Shown here in pieces: positions 22,727-34,790 of a DNA stretch of 49,617 nucleotides (positions are counted from its first letter, which is position 1; every line of letters begins with the position of its first letter). The DNA is taken from NCBI GenBank assembly GCA_032718475.1, contig JAUCBJ010007764.1:1-49617 (forward strand), read 5' to 3'. Below the pieces are notes generated by a model that made no database searches, was not told where the DNA came from, and saw only the letters and a list, made by a program, of their open reading frames with translations. The position numbers and the translations under genes were made by a program. This DNA comes from Nemertoderma westbladi (taxonomy: Eukaryota; Animalia; Xenacoelomorpha).

Positions 22727-25700
22727 AATACTGTGTACTGAGGCACTATACTGTATACTGAGTCACTATACTGTGTACTGAGTCTCTATACTGTGTACTG
22801 AGTCACTATACTATGTACTGAGTCACTATACTGTGTACTGAGTCACTATACTGTGTACTGAGTCACTATACTGTGTACTGAGTCACTATACTGTATACTG
22901 AGTCACTATACTGAGTACTGAGTCACTATACTGTATACTGAGTCACTATAATGTATACTGAGTCACTATACTGAGTACTGAGTCACTATACTGTATACTG
23001 AGTCACTATACTGAGTACTGAGTCACTATACTGTATACTGAGTCACTATACTGTAACTGAGTTACTATACTGTGTACAGAGTCACTATACTGTATACTGA
23101 GTCTCTATACTGTGTACTGAGTCACTATACTGTGTACTGAGTCACTATACTGTGTACTGAGTCACTATACTGTATACTGAGTCACTATACTGAGTACTGA
23201 GTCACTATACTGTATACTGAGTCACTATACTGTATACTGAGTCACTATACTGAGTAGTGAGTCACTATACTGTATACTGAGTCACTATACTGTATACTGA
23301 GTCACTATACTGTGTACTGAGTCACTATACTGTGTACTGAGTCACTATACTGTGTACTGAGTCACTATACTGTGTACTGAGTCACTATACTGTGTACTGA
23401 GTCACTATACTGTATACTGAGTCACTATACTGTGTACTGAGTCACTATACTGTGTACTGAGACACTATACTGTGTACTGAGTCACTATACTGGAGCCACT
23501 ATACTGTGTACTGAGTCACTATACTGTGTACTGAGTCACTACACTGTGTACTGAGCCAATATACTGAGTACTGAGTCACTATACTGTGTACTGAGTCACT
23601 ATATTGTATACTGAGTCACTATACTGTGTACTGAGTCACTATACTGTGTACTGAGCCACTATGCTGTATACTGAGCCACTATACTGTGTACTGAGTCACT
23701 ATACTGTGTACTGAGCCACTATACTGTGTACTGAGTCACTATACTGTGTACTGAGTCACTATATTGTGTACTGAGTCACTATACTGTATACTGAGTCACT
23801 ATACTGTATACTGAGTCACTATACTGAGTACTGAGTCACTATACTGTATACTGAGTCACTATACTGTATACTGAGTCACTATACTGTGTACTGAGTCACT
23901 ATACTGTGTACTGAGTCACTATACTGTGTACTGAGTCACTATACTGTGTACTGAGTCACTATACTGTGTACTGAGTCACTATACTGTATACTGAGTCACT
24001 ATACTGAGTACTGAGTCACTATACTGTATACTGAATCACTATAATGTATACTGAGTCACTATACTGAGTACTGAGTCACTATACTGAGTACTGAGTCACT
24101 ATACTGTATACTGAGTCACTATACTGAGTACTGAGTCACTATAATGTATACTGAGTCACTATACTGTGAACTGAGTTACTATACTGTGTACTGAGTCACT
24201 ATACTGTATACTGAGTCTCTATACTGTGTACTGAGTCACTATACTGTGTACTGAGTCAATATACTGTGTACTGAGTCACTATACTGTATACTGAGTCACT
24301 ATACTGAGTACTGAGTCACTATACTGTATACTGAGTCACTATACTGTATACTGAGTCACTATACTGAGTAGTGAGTCACTATACTGTATACTGAGTCACT
24401 ATACTGTATACTGAGTCACTATACTGTGTACTGAGTCACTATACTGTGTACTGAGTCACTATACTGTCTACTGAGTCACTATACTGTGTACTGAGTCACT
24501 ATACTGTGAACTGAGTTACTATACTGTGTACTGAGTCACTATACTGTATACTGAGTCTCTATACTGTGTACTGAGTCACTATACTGTGTACTGAGTCACT
24601 ATACTGTGTACTGAGTCACTATACTGTATACTGAGTCACTATACTGAGTACTGAGTCACTATACTGTATACTGAGTCACTATAATGTATACTGAGTCACT
24701 ATACTGAGTACTGAGTCACTATACTGTATACTGAGTCACTATACTGTGAACTGAGTTACTATACTGTGTACTGAGTCACTATACTGTATACTAAGTCTAT
24801 ATACTGTGTACTGAGTCACTATACTGTGTACTGAGTCACTATACTGTGTACTGAGTCACTATACTGTATACTGAGTCACTATACTGAGTACTGAGTCACT
24901 ATACTGTATACTGAGTCACTATACTGTGTACTGAGTCACTATACTGAGTACTGAGTCACTATACTGTATACTGAGTCACTATAATGTATACTGAGTCACT
25001 ATACTGTGTACTGAGTCACTATACTGTGTACTGAGTCACTATACTGTGTACTGAGTCACTATACTGTGTACTGAGTCACTATACTGTGTACTGAGTCACT
25101 ATACTGTATACTGAGTCACTATACTGTGTACTGAGTCACTATACTGTGTACTGAGACACTATACTGTGTACTGAGTCACTATACTGGAGCCACTATACTG
25201 TGTACTGAGTCACTATACTGTGTACTGAGTCACTATACTGTGTACTGAGTCACTATACTGAGTACTGAGTCACTATACTGTGTACTGAGTCACTATACTG
25301 TATACTGAGTCACTATACTGTGTACTGAGTCACTATACTGTGTACTGAGCCACTATACTGTATACTGAGTCACTATACTGTGTACTGAGTCACTATACTG
25401 TGTACTGAGTCACTATACTGTGTACTGAGTCACTATATTGTGTACTGAGTCACTATACTGTGTACTGAGTCACTATACTGTGTACTGAGCCACTATACTG
25501 TATACTGAGCCACTATACTGTGTACTGAGTCACTATACTGTGTACTGAGTCACTATACTGTGTACTGAGTCACTATATTGTGTACTGAGCCACTATACTG
25601 TGTACTGAGTCACTATACTGTGTACTGAGTCACTATACTGTGTACTGAGTCACTATACTGTATACTGAGTCACTATACTGTATACTGAGTCACTATACTG

Positions 25701-27303
25701 AGTACTGAGTCACTATACTGCATACTGAGTCACTATACTGTATACTGAGTCACTATACTGTGTACTGAGTCACTATACTGTGTACTGAGTCACTATACTG
25801 TGTACTGAGTCACTATACTGTGTACTGAGTCACTATACTGTGTACTGAGTCACTATACTGTACACTGAGTCACTATACTGTGTACTGAGTCACTATACTG
25901 TGTACTGAGACACTATACTGTGTACTGAGTCACTATACTGGAGCCACTATACTGTGTACTGAGTCACTATACTGTGTACTGAGTCACTATACTGTATACT
26001 GAGTCACTATACTGTGTACTGAGTCACTATACTGTGTACTGAGTCACTATATTGTGTACTGAGTCACTATACTGTATACTGAGTCACTATACTGTATACG
26101 GAGTCACTATACTGTGTACTGAGTCACTATACTGTATACTGAGTCACTATACTGTGTACTGAGTCACTATACTGTGTACTGAGTCACTATATTGTGTACT
26201 GAGTCACTATACTGTATACTGAGTCACTATACTGAGTACTGAGTCACTATACTGAGTACTGAGTCACTATACTGTATACTGAGTCACTATACTGTATACT
26301 GAGTCACTATACTGTGTACTGAGTCACTATACTGTGTACTGAGTCACTATACTGTGTACTGAGTCACTATACTGTGTACTGAGTCACTATACTGTGTACT
26401 GAGTCACTATACTGTGGACTGAGTCACTATACTGTATACTGAGTCACTATACTGTGTACTGAGTCACTATACTGTGTACTGAGACACTATACTGTGTACT
26501 GAGTCACTATACTGGAGCCACTATACTGTGTACTGAGTCACTATACTGTGTACTGAGTCACTATACTGTGTACTGAGTCAATATACTGAGTACTGAGTCA
26601 CTATACTGTGTACTGAGTCACTATATTGTATACTGAGTCACTATACTGTGTACTGAGTCACTATACTGTGTACCGAGCCACTATACTGTATACTGAGCCA
26701 CTATACTGTGTACTGAGTCACTATACTGTGTACTGAGCCACTATACTGTATACGGAGTCACTATACTGTGTACTGAGTCACTATACTGTATACTGAGTCA
26801 CTATACTGTGTACCGAGCCACTATACTGTGTACTGAGCCACTATACTGTGTACTGAGTCACTATACTGTGTACCGAGCCACTATACTGTATACTGAGCCA
26901 CTATACTGTGTACTGAGTCACTATACTGTGTACTGAGCCACTATACTGTGTACTGAGTCACTATACTGTGTACCGAGCCACTATACTGTATACTGAGCCA
27001 CTATACTGTGTACTGAGTCACTATACTGTGTACTGAGCCACTATACTGTATACGGAGTCACTATACTGTGTACTGAGTCACTATACTGTGTACTGAGTCA
27101 CTATACTGTGTACTGAGTCACTATACTGTGCACTGAGACACTATACTGTGTACTGAGACACTATACTGTGTACTGAGTCACTATACTGTATACTGAGTCA
27201 CTATACTGAGTACTGAGTCACTATATTGTGTACTGAGTCACTATACTGTGTACTGAGTCACTATACTGTGTACTGAGTCATTATACTGTGTACTGAGTCA
27301 TTA
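22727..27303. repeat. 20-bp satellite (ACTGAGTCACTATACTGTGT)n, about 230 copies
   Basis: Direct tandem repetition over about 4.6 kb with TGT/TAT/AGT variants. Confidence 0.99.
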
Positions 27304-28009
27304 TGTCCCGAATGGTGAATGATTGGATAAAGCATACTGCCATGCATCCCATTATCTCAGCTATTCCTCAACAAAATTCAGATATTGTTGCAGATTTGAA
27401 ATCCTTGCAACGTTACCTTTACAATAAATAATATCAATAACAACGATAAAATATAAGAAAAATTCAGAATAAGCTGTTATGTACATATTTGATTTCATGA
27501 GGTTTTTAAATGTTTAATGTATTGCTAGAATCCTAGAGGGAGAAACGCAACCAAAAATGGTACCAATATAGAAAAATTATTTATTTTTTGATCAAAGTTA
27601 ATTAATTAATAAATCACGGAATAATTAAAAAAAATTAATATACAATTTGAAATATGAAATTTTTTTATAATATTTACACTACATTCAATACAATAAGGTT
27701 AATATTATAATATTAAAATTCCAGCGACGCCCATCTGCCCATAGTGACTGCAGTACTATTCCTAAAACTCAGTTATTTAAGATATTCAAAACTTATAACT
27801 AAGGGCGATCATGTTGCAGTTTATCGTTATAATTTCCTACATTTTGTACATTGTTACCGCAACCTGGGTGCGATTGTAAAAAACTACTGCGTTTCTTACA
27901 AAAGTTACAGAAAGGTGTCTCTCCACTGCGGATTCATTTGTGTCGCGTTAGAAGATCGCTTCGGGACTTGAGAGAAACATTTCCCTCGTGTATCGCAGCT
28001 GATCCGTCT

Positions 28010-30133
28010 CTACCCCGAATGTATTTTCCGCTTGTGTTGATTTAGACTTCCATTCCCTGTAAACCCCTTCCCGCACGTGTCGCACACGTAGGGACGCTCC
28101 GCAGCATGCGTCAGTTTGTGGCTGGTTAGGTTGTGCCGTTGAGCGAAACGTTTCTGACATACGTTACAATGATAAGGTCTCTCGCCACTGTGCATTCGCG
28201 TGTGCTTATTCAGGTGGCTCAAATGAGAGAACTTCTTCGGACAGACCTCGCAGTTGTAAGGTTTCTCGCCAGTGTGCGTTCGCATATGTGCTTTTACATT
28301 TCCTACTTCAGAGAAATGCTTCGGACACACTTTACATTTATACGGTTTCTCGCCAGTGTGCGTTCGCATATGTACGGTTAGGTGGCTTGTTTGATAGAAA
28401 CGCTTCTGACATACGTTACAATTATACGGTCTCTCCCCACTGTGAGTTCGCATGTGCGATTTTAGATTGCCCAGCTGAGAGAATCGTTTGTTGCAGGTGT
28501 CACATTGGTGTGGACGCTCGCCAGTGTGGACCCTTTGGTGGTAAATTAGTTGGCTGTTCCCTGGAAACTGCTTATCGCATATATTACAGCAGAATGGTTT
28601 CTTATTGGTGTCCTGCAGTTGAATCCCAGAGGGACCAGGTTGGTCAAAGGAATTTTGCGGGGATGGCTGTGATTTGCCCCCTAGAGAAAGTAATTTGGCC
28701 AATTAATAATATACAATATTTAAAAAATCATATCATTTTATAAGTAATGCGACAATCATTCAATATCACATTAATACATCATAACCAGGAATATAGTCTC
28801 GTAATAGAGTTGGTGCGCGAAAAAATTGTTGGACTAGAAACAAATGAATAAATGGTAACAAGGTGCCCTGAATCGAGTGGCGGGTGAGTTTTTTTGTAAA
28901 AACAAGTGGAAACTGTCGAAATGGCGGGTTTAAGTAACGGCGGGGAGCCAATTTTGAAAATCGGCTGTGATTGGCTGCTACAGATTTGACATCACTACTG
29001 TACTATGTGCTCTGATAAATTCTTATCTTGGTTTCAATGGAGGGTGATTTTCGATCCATTCTTAAAATACACATTAGATCTCAATCATTTCACACGTGGT
29101 TTATATATCAATTGAAACGGAGAGTCTTGCACGTCTTTTGACACTAGAATTAATTAAATTCATGATGAGGAAGATTGTTAAAATCCTGTTTGCAATTTTG
29201 CTAACTGTGTAATTTTTATGGTTGGTGTAACTTATGCGATATGGTGGGGTGGGTGTACATAAAATAATTAATACAATATGGTGGACGTGTAAAAAATATT
29301 GGAGTTTACATAGGCGATAATATAAGTGTGGAAGATCTCACATTGTGGTGGACAGTCATTATCCATCATTTAATAAGACTTAAACGTAAACGATGCTCCC
29401 AGCTCCCATATAAAATAAATTACAATACAGCATCAAATTTTTCATTAATATTCAATATTAGGGCCTATTAGAGTATTAAAACATGGGTAAAGAGTAACTC
29501 ACCGATACCGGTAACTGATGTTGGTTTAGGACGAGACCGGTGGGTGTTGTTGATTGAAAGGTTGTTGTCGAACTCGAAGTCGCCTAGAGACTGAGTAGTG
29601 TGGGGGGTCGATTGAATAGTATCTGTCACATGGGTTCCAGGATATTGTCTATCTATATCGAAGAATAACTCATTCAAGCCATTGCCAACAGCATCTATGT
29701 CGGGTTTATATTCTAGTTCGTCTTCAGTCTTAATTAATGGGATATCGTCTGGTATAGGCCTACGGGCGCTACCGGTAGTTGTTGCCGACGTCCTCAATGG
29801 ATTATGCTGCCGTCTGGTCTCGCGGTACCCCCCGGTAGCGGGGACAGTGACCGCCGGTTGCGTCCGGCATGGGGAAACAGCCACGGCCGAGGTGGTGGTG
29901 GTGATGTTAGACCCAGAGGAGAGTGAACGCAGTAACCATTCAGTAATCTGACCAGATGTACATTTCTTATCAACATAATCGTCTAGAAAACTCGAGTTCG
30001 CCTCCAGGTATTCTTCGAGAAACGTCCGCACAAATGTATCATTTTCCGAACAGATGTTCGCGAACATTGATTTAGTAATTACCATAGAGATGTCCGACTC
30101 AGTAGCACGACCAATAAGCCTAGTACGTTCCAT
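28010..30133 (-). CDS. C2H2 zinc-finger protein with 7 fingers; exons 30133-29503 and 28680-28010 (433 aa)
   Basis: Seven C-x2-C...H-x3/4-H fingers with TGEKP/SGERP linkers. Donor G|GTGAGT at 29502 and acceptor CTTTCTCTAG| at 28681 are both phase 1, joining the two ORFs in frame. The finger ORF has no ATG start of its own. Confidence 0.8.
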
Positions 30134-30367
30134 TGTCACTTCAGGTCAGGTCAGAGTTCCGAGATGATACAGATTACTGGTAACTAAAATAAAACAATAA
30201 TTACCCGTAGCCGTAATACCGGTAGACCGGTAATAGCTGAATACAGAATACTGGAATAGCGAGGCAAATACCAACACTGCAACACTTTAGCTTGCAACAC
30301 TTAGCTTACGTTACACAGATATGGTAAATTAGATCTTTAAAATTAAATATTTAATAATACAGTATAC

Positions 30368-32716
30368 TACGGAGCCCCTAAAGGGACAGGAGAAAAAAAT
30401 TTTTTTTTTGCTAACTCTTGCGAACGACTTAGTATGTCGTGCGAACGACTTACTAAGTCGTGCGAACGACTTAACTATAACTCTTGCGAACGACAGTGCG
30501 AACGACTTACTAAGTCTGTAAGTCGTGCGAACGACATACTAAGTCGTGCGAACGACTTAACTAACTCGTGCGAACGACATACTAACTCGTGCGAACGACT
30601 TACTAAAGTCGTGCGAACGACATCTAGTCGTGCGAACGACTTAACTAACTCGTGCAAACGACATACTAAGTCGTGCGAACGACTTACTAAGTCGTGCGAA
30701 CAACATACTAAGTCGTGCGAACGACATACTAAGTCGTGCGAACGACTTAACTAACTCGTGCGAACGACATATTAACTCGTGCGAACGACTTACTAAAGTC
30801 GTGCGAACGACTTACTAAAGTCGTGCGAACGACATCTAGTCGTGCGAACGACTTAACTAACTCGTGCAAACGACATACTAAGTCGTGCGAACGACTTACT
30901 AAGTCGTGCGAACGACATACTAAGTCGTGCGAACGACTTAACTAACTCGTGCGAACGACATACTAACTCGTGCGAACGACTTACTAAAGTCGTGCGAACG
31001 ACATCTAGTCGTGCGAACGACTTAACTAACTCGTGCAAACGACATACTAAGTCGTGCGAACGACATACTAAGTCGTGCGAACGACTTACTAAGTCGTGCG
31101 AACTACATCTAGTCGTGCGAACGACTTACACTTAACTAACTCGTGCAAACGACATACTAAGTCGTGCGAACGACTTACTAAGTCGTGCGAACGACTTAAC
31201 TAACTCGTGCGAACGACATACTAACTCGTGCGAACGACTTACTAAAGTCGTGCGAACGACTTACTAAAGTCGTACGAACGACATCTAGTCGTGCGAACGA
31301 CTTAGCTAACTCGTGCAAACGACATACTAAGTCGTGCGAACGACTTACTAAGTCGTGCGAACGACATACTAAGTCGTGCGAACGACTTAACTAACTCGTG
31401 CGAACGACTTAACTAACTCGTGCGAACGACATACTAAAACTCGTGCGAACGACTTACTAAGTCGTGCGAACGACATACTAAGTCGTGCGAACGACTTAAC
31501 TAACGAGTGCGAACGACTTAGTAACTCGTGCGAACTAACTTACTAACTTTACTTTTGATTGGCTAAATAATACTGGTAATAAAAGTACAACCTTTTTAGC
31601 GGGATTTTCAATTCAATCTACAGCATTTGTTGATGGCATTATTGGTTGAAAATATTATTATCAATGGCTGAACGCGCTCTGTTAATATCGACGTACTTTA
31701 ACTTAGGCCGACAATACAACCGACATTGTAGCAAATTATAATATCTTTAACATATTAATTTTATTTTAACTTATTCAGTAAATACCTGTCAGTATTATCT
31801 ACGGTCAGCGCTGTTAGATAAGCTGATTATAGTGTCAGGTCGTTGTTGCTGTGTTGCTAAGCAACATTCCCATCTCACTATTGTATCGAACAGCTGTAGT
31901 CAAAATCTCAGGTTTTTTTTTTGGAGGGGGGGGGGGGGGGGGGGGTGCTATAGGTCCTACTATTTAGAGTATTGTACAATATTGTGACTCCGCCACAATA
32001 TTCGATTTAAATAAAGTACGTACCCGTATTTCACTTTCAGGCTCTTGTTTTATATTTCACTCAATCGTTTACGCTCGTTCTTAATAAAATTAATTCGAAT
32101 AAGTAATGCGTAACATCACTAATGAAACCAGTGGGTGCATTGATGGATATACCCGGAAAATGATTTGGTTGAACGTGTATAACACCAACAATGACAGTAA
32201 ATTTATCGGGGGCTACTTCCTCGAAGCGATAAATGAGAATAAGGGTGATCCGCGGATTGTTCGTGGGGATTTTGGAACAGAAAATGTTCGCGTTCGAGAC
32301 TTTCAGAAGTTCATCCGTAGAGATCACACTGACAATATGCAACAGACCTGTTACATCGATGGCGCAAGCACAGCTTAGGATAATTTCATTATTTAGTTTT
32401 AAATCAGATGAAATCTGTTAGGCCTAAGTTAAAGTACGTCGATTTTAACAGAGCGCGTTCAGCCATTGATAATAATATTTTCAACCAATAATGCCATCAT
32501 CAAATGCTGTAGATTAAATTGATAATCCCGCTAAAAAGGTTGTACTTTTACAACCAGTATTATTTATGAGATACTAAGTCGTTCGCACGCGTTAGTTAAG
32601 TCGTTCGCACGACTTAGTATGCCGTTCGCACGACGACTTAGTAAGTCGTTCGCACGAGTTACTAAGTCGTTCGCACGAGTTACTAAGTCGTTCGCACGCG
32701 TTAGTTAAGTCGTTCG
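30368..32716 (+). mobile_element. IS3EU-like DNA transposon, internally deleted, right end truncated
   Basis: Terminus TACGGAGCCCCTAAAGGGAC. Long inverted arms (31565-31709 vs 32420-32566, plus mirrored 21-bp arrays). Central DDE fragment GCIDGYTRKMIWL...PRIVRGDFGTEN at about 32130-32376. Confidence 0.7.
30413..31545. repeat. About 21-bp palindromic tandem array AAGTCGTGCGAACGACTTACT
   Basis: Roughly 50 units, with mirrored copies at 32575-32716. Confidence 0.95.
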
Positions 32717-32803
32717 TGGCGTAGATATGAACAACAACCATATAGCAATAATATGATATACATATAATGTAGCTATAACCCAGCTATATAGCTGTAGTAA
32801 ATA

Positions 32804-32982
32804 TGTGGCACCTGTACCACATCGGTACCGGTACCTAAGAAACAGTACTGCACTCCCCAACACCTAATCACAATACTGTCCTAACCCAGTAACCGGTACC
32901 CTAGGCTATATCCATAATAATAATAAGCCATAGGCTAATAAGGCCATGTACTGTAGTACTTACTACCACATCTCTCTTTCCC
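32804..32982 (-). repeat. Putative 3' LTR and polypurine tract of the minus-strand Gypsy element
   Basis: Minus-strand GGGAAAGAGAGA is immediately followed by TGTGG at 32970. A matching inverted terminus is at 32804, though the LTR could extend to about 32717. Confidence 0.55.
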
Positions 32983-33084
32983 AATAATTTTATAAAGTAT
33001 CTTATAAAGGTTATACTAAAATTAATCAAAACCTAAGTAATTTACTTTCAGTTTAAAGGCGTTTACGCTTAGGGCGAATGCATC

Positions 33085-34790
33085 TCAATGGGCGACCCAG
33101 TCTTCTCCTATGTATCGGGGATTTGGCTTAATAATACGCGTTGGGTATCGTCGCATTGTTGGAATGGTAACGGATTGAGGGACCACCTCAGCGGCTGTCG
33201 TGGACGTGGGTGGCCGAATAGGGTCGGGGACTGGAACCACCATGGACGTGTTGGTAGGTCCACCACCAATTCGTATTGGTTGAATTGGCCGCATAAATAC
33301 TCGATTACGACGTAGATAAGAACCATTATCGAATTTCACCATGTAATCGTGTTTTTCTAGAATTTTGTCGACAGTTCCTTTATAATTCCAAAGTTTACTT
33401 CTTGGGTCTTGTATTATTACACGACATCCAATATGCAAGGGACGTAACAACCGTGTATGAGAATCATATTGATCACGCCGAAGCATAATATTGTTTTCAG
33501 ACATTCGTTTCCGTGTAGGAGAGGTGAAATCATCAATTTCATATGCCATTTCATGACGTGGCAGAGTTTCATATAATCGTCTCCCAAACCCCAAACATTA
33601 GTTCTGCTGGTGCTAATCCAGAATCACGATTAGTGTTATTGAGAGAAATTAGACCACGTGCAAGTTGATCACGGTTTAGTTGACCATTGAGATCAATGCA
33701 GTTTTTTATTAGTTTTTTCGCTTGTTTAACATAATTTTCTGCACGACCATTTGTACGAGGTAAATTCGGAGATGTCGTTTTATCAGTAATCAACCATGCA
33801 TACAGAAATTCTTCAAATGATTTCGAATTAAATGGGGGCCCGCCATCATGATATAGTTGTAATGGGCGACCAAAATGTTGAAATATTTCTCGTAGATGGT
33901 TAGTGATACATTTTGTGTCGGAATGGATTCCACATTCTTTGATAAAGATCCATCCAGTATGTTCATCAGCGACAACTAGATATTTCTTTCCAGCCACATC
34001 TCCAAGGTCAGCATGTAAAATTTGCATTGCAATTGTTTCACGTTCACATTGTTCCCGGTATAATGGTTCAGCGCGCTGCGATAATTGGTAAGTAGAGCAA
34101 CGGCAGTTTTCAATTTTCAGTGCTATGTCACGTCGAATTGTTGGCCACCAAACAGAAGAATCAGCATTAGCCAGAGTGCGGGTTTGCCCTTGGTGCCCAG
34201 CATGAAGGGCTTCCAAAATGCTGGGACGTTCATCTTTGGGAATTATGTAGTAAACAATGCCCTTTAAGAATTAAACCATCAGCATCCAATAATAGGCTAT
34301 AACGAGCATTCCAATAAGGACGTAAATCAATATCAAGTTGCGATTTGTGGATTGGAAAGCCTTCTCCCAACAATAGGGACTTTAATTTCATATATTCCAT
34401 ATCATTGTCTGCAGAAGTTTTCAATAGTTCAATTTGCTTATCCATTGACGGTCCACATTCACTAGAACAAGCATAGACAACCTGCAATTCACTGGAGGCT
34501 AATGCCGTTATAATACATGAATCGATTTCAGTATCATCAGATACACTGATATCTTCAGGAGATGGATCATATCTTGTAATACGACTCAGAGCATTAGCGC
34601 ATAGGTTTCGGGTACCTGCAATATGAACTACATTCATATTAAATCTATTAAGTTTAGTTTTAATTTTCAGCAGTCGTATATTTTCAACATCATTTAATGT
34701 TTGTCTGTTAAAGATCGATATAAGGGGTAAGTGATCAGTGTAAACATCAAATTCACGGAGGCCATCTAATTTCAAGCGACATTTTATCGC
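33085..34790 (-). mobile_element. Ty3/Gypsy pol: RNase H C-terminal part and integrase, frameshifted
   Basis: FDVYTDHLPL, HIAGTRNLCANALSR, LHAGHQG..VWWP, ADLGD / YHDGG / TNGRAENYVK (DDE triad). Confidence 0.9.

Noticed and set aside
22727-27303. CRISPR array or repeat-protein gene
   Set aside because: Pure tandem 20-mers with no spacers and no long ORF.
30413-31545. CRISPR-like array of palindromic repeats
   Set aside because: No unique spacers or cas genes; eukaryotic context; mirrored on the other arm of a transposon.
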